Shown here piece after piece: positions 25,697 through 39,600 of a stretch of DNA of 64,000 nt (positions within the stretch are counted from its first letter, which is position 1; every line of letters starts with the position of its first letter). The stretch covers positions 28,432 to 92,431 of the forward strand of contig CAJINV010000004.1 in NCBI GenBank assembly GCA_905178155.1, read 5' to 3'. Below the pieces are notes generated by a model, which saw only the letters and a list, made by a program, of their open reading frames with translations, did not search any database and was not told the origin of the DNA. This DNA is from Amoebophrya sp. A120 (Eukaryota > Protista > Dinoflagellata). The position numbers and the translations under genes were made by a program.

Positions 25697-28600
25697 ATGC
25701 ATGTTTGCAATGCATGCGCGTCACCGCAGCGCAAATCTTCGACGACGAACACAATTGGGAAGAACCAGCACCCACCGTCCAGAAAGCAGCACGACAGGGA
25801 GGCAAGAAATTATGGTCAGAGCAGCGCAGGAGATCATGCACCTCCAGCAGCCGAATCTGAAGGAACAACGCTGTCAGGAAGATCCTCCTCCTCGGCCTCA
25901 AAAACTACAGGGGCGCTACAAGACCGGGACAAATCAAATTCAGACTCCCCACGAAGAAGTAGAAATGCTGACTCGGCTTCCGCCACAGCACACGTTGTAT
26001 CTCCGACCGAACATCAAGATCAAGAAGCGGAAGATGCGACGCGGGTGCAGCTTGAAACTCAAGAACAAGAGCGCGATGTTGATCAAGCGTATCCTGCTGA
26101 TGTGCAAAAGTTGTATCGTTCATCTTTACTCGGTCTGTCCACTGCGATCTTGCATAACGCACGTGAATTTGATTTTACCTCAAACCGCACGAGGAAGTTC
26201 ATTTGGCCTTTACAGAAATAAAACTGTCGTGGCTGATACTAGTCCCAGTAGTCGTGCTTCACATAATTACCCATATTTTTCGTTGTTTTGGTTTTCGTTT
26301 TCCTTTTGCAATGCATAAAGCGACGTCTTCATCTTCTGTACCAATTGGAGTTGAATCTGCTCCAAGTATCTCAGCAGCAGCAAGCGGTGCGACGCGGTTG
26401 CAGGCGGACCGCAAGAAGGACGTCCAGAGACGAGGAACATCAAGATCACACCCTGCTAGTACTTCTTCATCAACATCGAGGGCCGCCAATCAACGGCAGG
26501 AGCCACCGCGTAGAAAGCCGCGCGAAGTTGTATTGAAGAACGCCGATCCTCCTGATGGCAGTGGCACCACCAGGACCTCCAGGAGAATTAGAAACGACGG
26601 CCGTCATCAACAGCAGAATCAGCATGAACAAGATGCTCCTGCTCCCGCACGAGGACCTCCACCGCCACCAGACAACATTGTCCATCTCACAGAAGGACGA
26701 GAACAGAAGAAAGAACCTCCAGTCGACACCGTCGACGTCTTATCAAATGCAAAAATGTCTGGGTCTGGAAACTTGTGATGCTGCGTGGCGTAATATCATG
26801 AGGGGATCACAAGTGCTGGCTCAGCATGACAAGTTTCTGAGCTTCTAGGTGTTGCCTATTCTGCGTGACAAACTGCGCTTCTGCATGACAGAAAAGTGGC
26901 GCGCTTGGGTAACGTGCATGACAGATTTGGGAGTCATGCCAGACAAGCATGACAAACATGCACTCTTCCAGACCCAGACATTTTTACATTTGATACGTCT
27001 TTTCCGATGGTGAAGAAATGGTTCTCACGACAGGAGACAACGCGGAGCTCCTTGCCCAAGCTGGAGATCATGCGCTCTCGTCAAGCGGAGGTCCTCCCGC
27101 AGGTAGTGGCGCGACGGCGCGTCTGCAAGAGGATATTAGAAATATTGACAGGCCGAGCAGGACGGGTGGCGGAACAGGAAAAATAAATGCACTTCCCACC
27201 CGAAAGCATGGCTACCAGGAGCAACATGGTAGTACTTCGGGTGGGAACAAAAGAACGAAACAGTCAACATCTCCTGGGTGGTCGTCCCCAGAGGCAGAAG
27301 AAGATGTTGTACCAAAAAGACACTATCTGAGTCCACCTCGAGAGGATCATGTTGACAGTGATGCCGCGGGGAGGGCCTCTCCGGATGAAAAACATCAACA
27401 ACGAGGAGCAAACGAGGAAATTATGGACGACCCCTTGTCATCTTCTTTCGTCGAACTGCAGAAACAAAGGACGGCTGGTTATCAAACGGAGCTCCAAAAA
27501 GCACAAGCCCGCGAAGCAGCCTGGCAGGCGCAACTCGCTGCTGCTCACGGCATGACTACCTGTAAGCATTTCACGTGTTACGGCACGGGCCAGCCGCAGC
27601 ATACAACAACCGCGATAAAGTCCCGCTTTTACTCCAGCGTTGTGGCCTCCGGCACGCCCGCACAGGCGGGGTCCGCAGCGCAGCAGGTGCTGAAACCGGC
27701 CGCCAGCTATTTACAGTAAATTTCCTGTACACGACGTACAAATGCGGTCTCTGCATGGCAAATCTAGGCTTCGATCCTAGTTTAGCATGACAAGTTTCAC
27801 AGTCCAAATCGGGGAAATTTGTGATGCATCTTGTACATGTACGGGAAATTTGTATTGCATACCAGCCGGGAGCAATACGCCTGGCGGTTGGACACGGAGG
27901 ACGAATGCAACGGCAGCGAGACCTATGACCCTGCACAACTCCCCCTCCCCCTCATTTGTCATGCAAAATGCCCGTATTTACTCTTTGCCTCTTGGCACTG
28001 TTTGCAGGACAAGTTTTGGTAGCCCAAATAGCACGACTATAATCCAGCGCAAATTTCCGATGCAAAACCAGCATTCTTGCTGATGCTTGTATTGCCGGTC
28101 AACATGCTATACAAATGAGGGGGAGGGGGAGTTGTGCGCTGTTATAAGTCCGGACAGTACTTCAAAAAAATCGGGTGCCAGGACGTGTGTTGCAACATGG
28201 TCTACTGCATTGCGGACGACGAATGGAAGGTGTGGCCGTTTCAGAAATTTCCAAACCTCCGCACCGCCCAGGCCGCAGTGGTGCAGGAAAAGGGTAAGGC
28301 CACGTATTTCCAATCCCCCAATGCGCTGAAGCACCACGTCGTGCGGGCGCCCAATTGCGTTGGCCCCGCGGACCACGTGGGCCGGAAGGTGTACGCGCGG
28401 GTCTCCGAGTGCCACCGGTACGTGGGCTTCTTTCACCGCGACTACCGGCACAAAAAGAAGCCCGAAGCGCGGACCTACCGCTTCTTTCCCTACCTGGCGC
28501 ACCTGAAGCAGTCCACGCCAGTGGTCTGGAATGCGATTGACCCCGCGAATCTGGTGGCGGGGACCGCGGAGCAGGGCTCCTTCTTCCGGCTGGTCACTTC

Positions 28601-28904
28601 GGAGACCGAAGACGGTCCGGCCATCGTGCAGTGGGCGAGCGAGCACCAGGAGCAGCTGCTGGCCGCGCAGCGGTACATGGAGGGCCAGATGAAAAAAGCC
28701 GCGGACGTCGGTAGCAATATTACGTACACCAAGCAAGACACGTCGATGGAAAGCCTGATCCGCGCCCGGAAGCCTTTCTTCCAGGCGCGCGAGTACCTGC
28801 AGGTCCCGGTGGGCGGGAACCCCTTTGTGCCCATCGGCTACTGCTGTCAACACGTGGTATCAGCCTGGACAAGTCCCCGTCCCCGTCTTCCCTCCTCTTC
28901 TTGA
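25697..28904 (+). CDS. Multi-exon hypothetical protein with a low-complexity N-terminus and a globular Cys/His-containing C-terminal domain. Exons include ~26299-26740, 26996-27707, 27862-27923, 28147-28904
   Basis: The frame is restored across introners at 26741, 27708 and 27924 (...VDV|FSDGEEMV..., ...PAAS|REQYAW...SET|GQYFKK...). The last exon is GC3-rich. The 5' end is uncertain. Confidence 0.6.
26741..26995. mobile_element. Introner family A (opposite orientation to 11392)
   Basis: TIRs, DR cgtct, frame restored. Confidence 0.92.
27708..27861. mobile_element. Introner (TIR ...aaatttccNgtaca)
   Basis: DR ccagc. Confidence 0.85.
27924..28146. mobile_element. Introner family E
   Basis: TIRs, DR agacc/agtcc. 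Confidence 0.9.
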
Positions 28905-30634
28905 CGACATAAACGCCAGGAGCCGCGGAGGTGCTGGCAGTATTAATATTTGGGGCTCGCGCCGCCGTGTTGGCACAACGGCGCGGGGATCTGCGCATAA
29001 CAATAGAAAAGCAGTACTGCTACTGCAGCAACTAGAAACAGTTCGAAGAGGCTTGGCCGAAGAGCTGGAGCGTGCTTTCTTTGGGGCTGACTGTTCCCGG
29101 AAGGGCAGCCGACGCACTAACGCCGCGCGATGATGGCAAACAGCTTGATGGCAACAAAGTACAAAAACAAAAAGGAAGAGCACGCGTAGCCAGGAACATA
29201 AAATGAATAAGAAAAGGCGGCCAGCAGAGCGACCGGCCCACCAACTGCAGCCCAACGCCTAGCGCGCCAGATCCGTCCGGCCTCTGTAGTGCCAAAAGCC
29301 GGGTCAGGTAGAGGTCGATAAGGGCACGCGCTTCCGCTTGGTGCGCCTCACCGTAGTTGTGCCGTCTGCCTTCTAGGAAATGGAAAGCAGACCCGCGCCG
29401 GGCGGCCTCCCCTCCTTCTACTTCAGCTACCCAGCAAGCGCAGGCAGCTAGGGCGAGAACGCCAGCGAGCCTTTGCGGCCCGCAAGTGCGTTTTTGTTTT
29501 TAGGTGCGGCTCCTGGCCGTCGCGTTGGTACTCGTCGTAGCAGGTGGCCGCCCGGCGTGGAAAGAAAACGCTACAACCTGCCGAAGGCACCTGCGCCGCT
29601 GCACGGACGTAACCTCTGCGGCGGCTCACATCTGTTGCCTTCGCATCAGCCTGCCGCTGTGCGCCGAAAGTTTCTCTTGCGTATGGTCTTGGGCTTGTTG
29701 TGTGCATGCTTTTCCATCCGGGCTGCCCTTCGGCGAGGCTACTTGGCCCGATACCCTGTAGCAAGCAGCAGGACCACGCAGCTGCTGGCGGTTGCCTCCC
29801 AACAAATCTAAGTAAGAGGCACGCCTGCCAGTGCTGTTTATGTTTTTGAGTTTTACTCTCGGCACCGGCGGCCACGCCTCACAGCATGGAGGCAACAGCC
29901 ATGCGGCTGGTTGTTTCTGATGAATTAGCCCCAGCCCCACCGCGTTTGGTTCGTTGCTTCTGTGCTCCCGGTGTTGGGCTTCCTAGGCAAGCACCAGGGG
30001 CAACAGGAACAGACCGGCCGGGTAGCTGCAGCTGATTAGTGTGAGAAACGATAAAAAAGCCTTTTGGCTGTCGAGCTGTAGGTGCTCGCTATAGGCGGAA
30101 GCTGTAGAGCTTAGGCTCTAGAACATCACCAAACAGCTGTAGAGATTCAGCTCTAGCGATTGAGCTCTACAGGTTTTTGAGCTCTAGAGGCGTTCGCCCT
30201 AATCGTTATCAATCTTTTTTCGCAGGAGCGTGGTGATTCACCAAGGAAAATTAGGAAAAAAAAGGACATCTCTAGAGATTTGATCCTTCTTGGCCCAGGT
30301 TTGAGCCTAGTCTGCACCACAGTAGCATGCAGATTTCAGAAATAAAGCAAGTAGCCTTCTTTGAGCCTTGTTCGGTTCCAGGTTTGGCTCTAGTTGCTGC
30401 AAGTACTATAGTTCTCTTGGCTACTTCTAAATTGTTTATAAGGAGGAGGTGCATCATGAAGTGTTGCTGTTTTTATTCAATACTGCTTTCTGGGTACTAC
30501 TACTAGCAGCTTTCGCAGTTATCTGTTTCTGCATGACAGTGACACTGACAGCCACAACTGGTACTGGTACTGGAGTTCTTGCTGTTTTGCATGAGAAATG
30601 AGAACATCAACATGATGGAAGTAGTAGATTTCTG

Positions 30635-33600
30635 CAGGCTGATACGTGGCGCAGTGGATGTACGATTGGAACTTCAAGTTTCACGACCCCGCGGCCAGAC
30701 AGCACGAGCAGCATCCGGTGCAGTATGGCGTTCTCGAGCGTTACATTCTCAACTGTTACATGAATCAGTCATGCAAAAGTGCCTTCATCCGGCAGATGAT
30801 CGAGCGGCTTCGCATGACAAATTTCGGAAGGGCCAAACAGTACCTAAATTTGCGCCAAACTTGTAATGCAAGAGGCGCAATCTTCCTCCTGTCACTTTTG
30901 CCAGTCTTGCATTGCAAATTCATGTAACACCAGTTGAGAATGAATGTAACGCTTGAGCACTCCATATGCAGAGCTGCGTGGTGTTCTCGGAAGCCATGGA
31001 CCGCGGCGGAAAGGACCGCGTCAAGCGCCGGGGCCCCGACCCCCATGACGACTGGGAAAAGCGGGTGGGGAGCATCGACGACCCGCCCAACATGGTACCG
31101 CCGATCTACACGACCGCAGAGCCCTTACCGCCGATGCCGACCACGGCCCATCCGACCACCCGGGAGCCGCCAGCCACAACGTCAACGAAATTCCCCCCGC
31201 CAACAACGGGGGCCCCGCCCGGCCCAATAACACCGCCCGGCCCCGGTACATCAACAACCACGATCGTGGTACCGCCCGAGCCCTTACCTCCAGGGTAAGG
31301 CCTTCTCAAGCGTTACATTCTCTTCAACTGTTACATCAGCTTGCAATGCAAGCATAGCAATAAAACTGAAAGGAGGAGGATTGATGCGCCTTTTGCATAT
31401 ACAAATTCCGCCCAGATTTAGGTGCTGTCTAGCCCTTCGCAGATTTGTCATGCGAAGCAGCTTGACCATCTGGCGGCTCAAGGTGTTTTTGCATGACAAA
31501 CCATGTAGCAGTTTGTTGAGGATGTAACGTTTGAGAACCCCATACCCGGCCACCGGTTCCGACCACTCCCACCCCCACGACCACCTCTCCCGGCACCGAC
31601 CTCACGCCCGACGCGATTCACATCCTTGCCAGCAGCGAAGATAAGTTGGAAGGTCCGGATGCGGATGTCGTGGTCAAAGACGACCTGCCCGACGTGGATG
31701 AGGCGGCCACGGAGCACGAGTGGTTGTTTCGGACCTTCGAGGAGAAGTGTCCCTGGCTGCAGATCGATCTCGGGCAGACCCGGCGCGTCCAGAGTGTGCG
31801 GCTGCTGGTCTCCTCGAGCCGGGCCCACATGCGGCGGCTTTTTTTCGTGACGACGGTGGCCTCCAGCGAGCCGTATGGGGCGGCGAACACCCCCGAGATG
31901 ACCTCAAACGCGGACGACGAACTCCGGGGCACGCGGACGTGGGACACCACGGATTTGCTGGATTTCGGGGTGCAGGTGCTGGTCACCAAGAACAGCAGGC
32001 ACCACCACGCGCGGTGCGACGCGACCGGCGGCATATGAACTGCAAAAGTATCGTACTAGTATAAATCGCATGACAAATTTCCCCAGCATGAGTGATAAAA
32101 TTTGTAATGCGGATTTAACTTGACAAAGAAATTTGTAATGCGTGACTGCCATTACCACGAGTACGATACTTTTGCACTGGATACGGCAGCCCCCAACCCA
32201 ACTCCGGCGGGCGGCCGTGCGTGTTCCCGGGCCAGACCTGCCCCCCGGTGCGGCCCGGCGAGGTGTGCGAGACGGTCCTGTTCGCCGACCAGTGGGACAA
32301 AGATGCGAACAAGAGGCTGATCTTTCGCCCCGGACAGGAGATCCCGACGACGTTTTGGATTGACTGCAAAAACACGGTCCCCGGGCGGTACGTCGTCGTG
32401 CAGCTCCCGGGCGTGCGCAGCGTGGCGTCCGAAACGCGGCGGGTGCTGTTCCTGGCGCGCGTTCGGATTTTCGGCCGGCACCTGGAGGACGGGGAGTATT
32501 GAGAGGAAAAATCCCCCCTCCCCATATTGAAAAGGTTATGTCTCCGTCGAAAATTTGTGTTGCTAGTTTGAGGCCACGAATCACATTTTTCTTGCAAGAC
32601 GACGACAAGGGCGGAAGCTTCCGTCCCATTATGATAAAGCGACTTGTCATGCTGTTGGGCTTAAACAAGGTCAGCCGTTGCCGTTTGCAATGCTCAACAA
32701 CTAGACCCATACGCCCCTACCTAGCCTGGGGATCTGGCCGCAGTTGTGCCTTCCTGCAATACAAAGCTGATTTGTCAGCGTCAGAATGATATGGGGAGGG
32801 GGGATAATTTTTCCTTTCGATAGGGAGGACGCGGACTTCACGTCGATGACCACGACCCAGTTGGAAATGTCACCGGATGGCTCCGTGCGGAACGGCGAGC
32901 AAAACTTTTTGAAGGACGGGCGGCCGCTGGACACGCTGTTCCGCACGGACTACCTGCAGTGCCCCACACTGACGTTTCAGTTCGCGCAGGAAGTGCAGGT
33001 GAGCAGCGTGTATCTCTCCGCCGAGAAGGACCATGCGCACCTCCGGAACCTGTTTCTCCCGAACCCGCAGCGGGGTTTTCTGGATGCCAACGGGAACGTA
33101 TCAAAGTGCACAACTCCCCCTCGTCCCCCTCATTTGTCATGCAAAATGCCTAATTTACGCCTTGGCTCTTGGCAATGATGTTTGCATGGCAAGTTCTAGC
33201 GCCCCAAATAGCACTACAATCCTGCCCAAATTTGTCATGCAAAACCGGCAAAAATCTTGCTGACGCTTGTATTGCTGTTCATGCAATACAAATGAGGGGG
33301 CGGCGGGGGAGTTGTGCACTTTCCTAGAACGAGGCTGCGGAAATCAAGGACCGGTTGCTGGAGCAGTGGGCGCACGCTCCCTACGGGGCGCAAGTGAGCC
33401 CGGAGAAAAGGCTATCCTGAGTAAAAACGTACCCACACCAGAGTTGTAATGCAGATTTGCAAAGACAGGAAGACTTGTAATGCGCATCCCCATGAGAGCC
33501 ATTTCCAATCGTGTTTTGGAATTTGTGATGCTGTGAACAGGATGAGCAGACGAATCTGTGACGCGGCTGCACTTGCTAACCTGCACTACACTGCAGAGTG

Positions 33601-36600
33601 CAACCTGTCATGCGTGACTCACAAAACTCGTAGCTTTGTGTTGCAAAATCCCCAGCCTGGCTCTGGTGTGGGTACGTTTTTACTCAGGATAAAGGCTGGG
33701 CGTTGCCGGCAACGCGAACCAGGACCGCGGCGTCCGCGTGTTGGTGTCCCGCGAGGCGCCCACTCCGGCTAGCACCTGCAAGCAGGACGACCCCGACCTG
33801 GACAGCGGCACCGTTGAGGTGTGCGAAAACCTCAGGTACGGCCTCCAGGGAGAGGGCCCCTACCGATTTGCGAAACTAGCCGAGGTGCCGGTCGCGCAGA
33901 CCTTGCCGCCGGGGTTTGCCGACGGGGGCGCGGCGGGCGCGGTAGATACCACCGGGCACTACCAAAAGTACGAGGTGGTGGGAACCGGGTGGTGCAGCTG
34001 CGGAGGCGACCCGTGCGAGGATACCTATGAAACGAGTGCACTACGACTCCCGCTCCCCCTCAATTGTATGCCACAAACAGCAACACAAGCGTCGGCACGA
34101 GTTCCGGTTTTGCGCGACAAGTTCACCCACATTTGTAGTTTTGTTTTTTATTGAGCTGCCGGAACTTGCCCTGCAATTGCAAAAAGTGTCAAGGAAGAGG
34201 CAAGCGTCAAGTCGGAGGTCGAGTTGTGCACTCTTATAATGCCCCGGCGTCCCCGACAAACGGCGACTACATCGCGGGCAACGCGGATCGCGCGCAAGAC
34301 TACTGCCAAAGATTCTGCGACGAGGACCGGGGATGTCAGGCCTACATGCAACAGCGTGACATGCAACAGCGTGACATGCTTCCAGGAAACTGCCGCTTGT
34401 TCGGGTACGAGGACTACGAGGTAGACGGCGTCTATCCAGGAAAAAGCACCCATCCCCATCCAATTTGTCACGCAAAACATGCATAAGGTCGACTGTTTGT
34501 CATGCAAAAAATGGATGGGGATCATGGGTGTTTTTCCCTGGATAGCGTCGTCAGCATCATCACGCGGGGAGGCCTTGGCTACGGGGTCGGAAAAATTCCT
34601 GCCGGGTGGCGGTCCGGGGTCCCGTGCATGAAAAAGACGGGACACGCAGCGACCTCGGGGAAGCCGATCTACACAAATCAGGGCGACGCCTGGTGCAAGT
34701 GCAACTTGAAAAACCACAACCTGAACAAGAACGGGGCCGCAGGAGGCGTCCGCGTCAGTGCGACAAACCTCCCCTGCCCGGTACAAGGGTCCGAGGAGCA
34801 GTATGCATTGCAAATATAGTATCGCTCTCGTATAAATGCGAGTGCAGCTGCATCATGAGCATTACAGATCTGCTCTCTTACCTATACCTGTGAATCTACA
34901 TGACAACTTCCATCTTTCTTAAAGGAAAGATTTGTCATGCAATTCATTCCACTGCGATATCATATATTTGCAATTCATAAGCAAGACGGGAAATTGATTT
35001 TCTCCAGCTATGACAAAGGTCCCGACTGGTGCAAGACCCTGTGTGACAAGGACAAGGACTGTCGTGCCTACCAGCAGTCTATGGTGAACGCCGAAACGGC
35101 CGCTAACTGCAGGCTCTTCAACGCAGACGATGTCGATGGCGGCATCAACGCTGCCGACGATCTATCAAATGTAAAAATGTCTGGGTCTGGAAGATTCTGA
35201 CACTTGTCATGCACCTTCTGCATGAGCCGTGATGTCTGTGATGCATGCCCTAGCATCACAGATTTTTTGAGAGCTTCTTGATGCCTATTCCGCATGACAA
35301 ATGCCCTTTCCGCGTAGCAAAAATTGCATTCTCTTTGGTACTCATGCAATACAGATTTGTTTGGAATCCAAATGCAGCATCACAAATTGCATTCTTCCAG
35401 ACCCAGACATTTTTACATTTGATACGATCCGGAGTTGTACAACGATCTGAGCGAGGTGCAGAAGATATCGAAGGGAAAAATCCCCCCTCCCCATATCAAA
35501 ACGAAATTTCTGATGCTGGATCTGTGTGCACAAATCAGCTTTGTATTGCAGGAGGGCACTGCGGCCAGATCCCCAGGCTATGTAGGGGCGTATCGGTCTA
35601 GTTGATCAGCATGGCAAACGGCTGCGCTTTAGGCCCAGCAGCATGACAAACCGCTTCCCTAATGGGCGCGAAGCTTTTGCCCTTGTCTTCTTGCAAGACA
35701 AATGTGATTTGTGACCTCAAATCACCAATACAAATTTTCGGAAACATGCCTTTTCGATATGGGGAGGGGGAGTTTTTCCTTTCAATAGAAGACGTGGAAT
35801 AGTTACGCTTGCAACCGGAAGGTCGAGAGACCGGCGGTGATTGGGGAGGCAAAGATCGACTGCACGGGCACGAAAGGGGGCAAATTTGTGACGATCCAGC
35901 TGCCGCAACCCATCCTTGCCACGGGGGTGGACGACGCAACCGCGACCACGCGCAGCCTCGATCTCACCGAAGTAAACATTTTTGGCCGCGTATGGGAATG
36001 TCAGGATTAAAATCGTCAAAGTTGAAATAGTTTGTCATGTATAAAATCGATACGAGTCGGAATCCCAATTTTCAAGCAGCGCATGACAAATTTCGGCACC
36101 GTCTAGATCCAGTTTGTCATGCTGTTTAGGGACAGGCGTGGTCTTTTGTCATGCTACTTTAGCAGCTCTACCGCAGAACCGGGGAGGGGATCCTTGACCT
36201 GTGGCGCCGGGAGCGGGTGTCCACTACATGATGATGATCCCAAACAGGCTGGCAGTCGGCCTCAGTCACTTACACTTGCCATTCCTGCAAGAGAGGCAGT
36301 TCATGCCTTGCAATTTATGCATGAGAAATTCTTTTAACTTTGTCGATTTCAATCCTGACGCTTCCATACCGCGTGGCTGGCGCTGGCGTAACGGCCGCAC
36401 GAGGTGGTGGACACGGGAACGACAACGAGGACGTCGTGCCCGTTATTTCGCAGGAGATTGATCTGACCCCCACGGTATCAAATGTAAAAATGTCTGGGTC
36501 TGGAAGATTTCTCGATTTGTCATGCATATTTTCCACTACCCATGATGTCTGTGATGCATGCCGTAGCATCACTAATTTTTATTTTTCGAGCGCTTTGTGA

Positions 36601-39600
36601 TGCCTCTACAGCATAAGAAATGACCTCTCCGCGTAGCACAAACTGGAGTCCTCTTGCTGGTCATGCAATACAAATTCACCGGTGGAAACGTTACCGTGCT
36701 CTTGGAAATACCGAACTTGACCAGGACATGCAGCCACTCTAACGGTTCCACTCGGGTCCGACCCCCGTTAGAGCTTGACCCTTTTCCCCCGAGGTCCTAC
36801 CTGAGGTAGTGGTCGTAAAGGGGATATAGTGGTTGAGGGGTAAATAAGGTCACGCAATACAAATTTTCTCAGAATCCAGAGACAGCATCACAAGTTTTGA
36901 ATGTTCCAGACCCAGACATTGTTACACTTAATACACGGGCGACGCCTCGCGGGTTTTGGCCAGCAGCACGACCGAGTACCACCCCCACGTGCCCGCGCTT
37001 TCGCAACCCCGCAACGTGATCGACGGGCTGGCGTTTGTGACCTTTTTCCAAACGCGACCGATATGGCGTTCTCAAACGTTACGTTCTCAACTGTCACATG
37101 AAGTTGTAATGCAAGGATGGCAACAGTGAAAAGATGAAATTGTCATGCTTGCAGCTCTCGCATCAACACAAATTTCGAACGGATTATAGTGCTGTTTAGC
37201 CCTTCCAGGATTTGTCATTCGAAGTAACCTTGGTCGTCTGGCGGCTTATGGTAATTAATTTTGCATGACAAATCACGTAACGGTTGAGAGTGTAACGCTT
37301 GAGAATCCCATAACCGAGCCCCTGTCCCTGGGTGCAGGTCGACATCAGCGGGCCGCGCAATCAGCCCCGTAGTGTGACGCGAGTGGTGCTCATCTCGCAG
37401 ATGAAAAACGCGCGCATACTATCCTACGTAAAAACATCCCCACCCCAGAGTTGTCATGCAGATTTGCAAGCACAGGAGCATTTGTAATGCGCATCCCCAT
37501 GAGAGAGGCACTTCCCATCGTGTTTTGAAACTTGTAATGCTGTAAACAGGATAAGGAGACGGAAGTGCTATGCGGATTCCCTTGCTATGCTGCACTACAG
37601 TACAGCCACAGCCCGCAACTTGTCATGCGTGACCCCCAAAAGTTCTAAGTTTGTGTTGCGAAATCCCCATTTTGACTCTGGGGTTGGGACGTTTTTACTC
37701 AGGATACACACGCCAGATGCTGCTCCCCACCTCGGGATACGACGAAGACTGGTTCGACACCGCGAACGCGGTGGAGCAAACCAGCTGCAGGCTATGACAC
37801 TGCACAACTCCCCCTCCCCCTCATTTGTCATGCAAAACACCAAACCCAGGCTGTGGCTCTTGGCGCTGCTTGCATGACAAACTCCGGAAGTAGCCCAAGC
37901 AGTGCTACTTACACTTCTGGGCAAATTTGTCATGCAAAACCGGCATTCTTACTGACGCTTGTATTTTTGCCGTTCATGCTACACAAGTGAGGGACGAGGG
38001 GGAGTTGTGCACTCTTATACAGGCAGGCAAGCTGCCAGGAGGACACTGGCGTGGAAGTCTGGGTGCGCAACAGTCCGTTGACAACGGCGAATCAGGTGAA
38101 TGCAAGCCCAATTCTATCACAGTGAAAAATGCCCCCCACCCCTGAACTTGCAAGAATTTGTGATGCGAAGTTTCCAAATGAAAGCTTTTTGTCATGCATG
38201 AAAGGAGTGCGAATCTTTCTGATGCAGATTCCAGTCGTGTTTCGCATCGCTTGCGTGACAAGTACCGCTCTTGCTGGGATCTTTTGCAACACAAATTTTT
38301 GCTATTCACAATCGGAAATCTGTGATGCTGATACACGCAAGAGGGCGAATGTTTCATTTGGAAAGATTTGCAATACAAATGCTTTCAAGTTCGGGGGTGG
38401 GGGCATTTTTCATTGTAATAAATTCCGGGACAAGATGAACTACAAGGAAATACGAACTGCGGGCAGGTAGCGCAAGAGGCGTCGTTGTGCGAGCGGGTAC
38501 ACTTTGGCGACCGAAAACGGTTTCGGTTTCTGGGAAAGGGCGTCGCGGGCTTCGACGACGAGGACCAACACAGTCTCATGTATATGGCGTTCTCAACTGA
38601 TTTGTCATGCAAAATTTTCATAAGTCGCCAGAAGATTAAGGTGCTTCGCATGACAATTTTTTCGAAGGGCTACACAGCATCTAAACGCGTTGCAAATTTG
38701 TGACGCGAGACTCGCAAGCCTGCCCCTTTCCATATTGCTGGTCTTGCATCACAAGGAATTCGTGTAACCATTGAGAATGTAACGCTTGAGAGCGCCACAA
38801 TGTACGGCGACAGCGTCGGGGAGCTCACCGTTGATTGCAAGCGGCACCAGGCGGAAAAGACCCGCGCCGTTGTGGTGGTCCTGCCCCCTGGAGAGCAGGG
38901 CGAGGACCGTGTCCTTAGCTTGCTGGAGCTGCAGGTGTTCGGTTTGCACGAGGATGGGGCGGGCGGGGCGCCGACCCCACCGCAGCCCTCCCCTGGTCCC
39001 TCGCCGACCACTGCGGCACCGCCCGCACCGGGCCCGCGTACCACCGTGGAGGGAGTCTATCTGCTTCCGACGGGGCCATACATGCTGCCGAACACACAGG
39101 AGTCCGCCCCAACGGACGACGATCCCTTCGCAAGGTGTCGCGTGGATCCGCCACAAGACCGCTTCGTGGGACGACACCCCGAATGCGCGGACCCGCCGCT
39201 GGGCAACGCGGCAAAGCACCAGGCCGTCGAAGCCGGCAGGTGGTGGAAGCAGCGTTTTGGGAGCCCGGCGTACAACAGCCGCGACTCGCCACGTTACCCC
39301 GCGAACTTGGTGTTTCTCGTGTCGCCGCTGCGCCGCGCCATGGAGGCGTGCGCGATGTTTATCAGAGGCGCTGCGCCCTTTCCCGGCGCGGAAACCGGCA
39401 CCGCGGTGTCTCTCCTAATCGAGGAAGGCTACGGAGCGGACCTCGGGAAAAATCCATTGGACGAGATATCAAACGCAAATATGTCTGGGTTTGGAAGAGT
39501 GGAAGGCTCGTCATGCATATTTTGAATGACCCATGATGTGGTCTGTGATGCATGCCCTAGCATCACAGATTTAGCCGAGAGGGCTTTGCGATGCCTCTAC

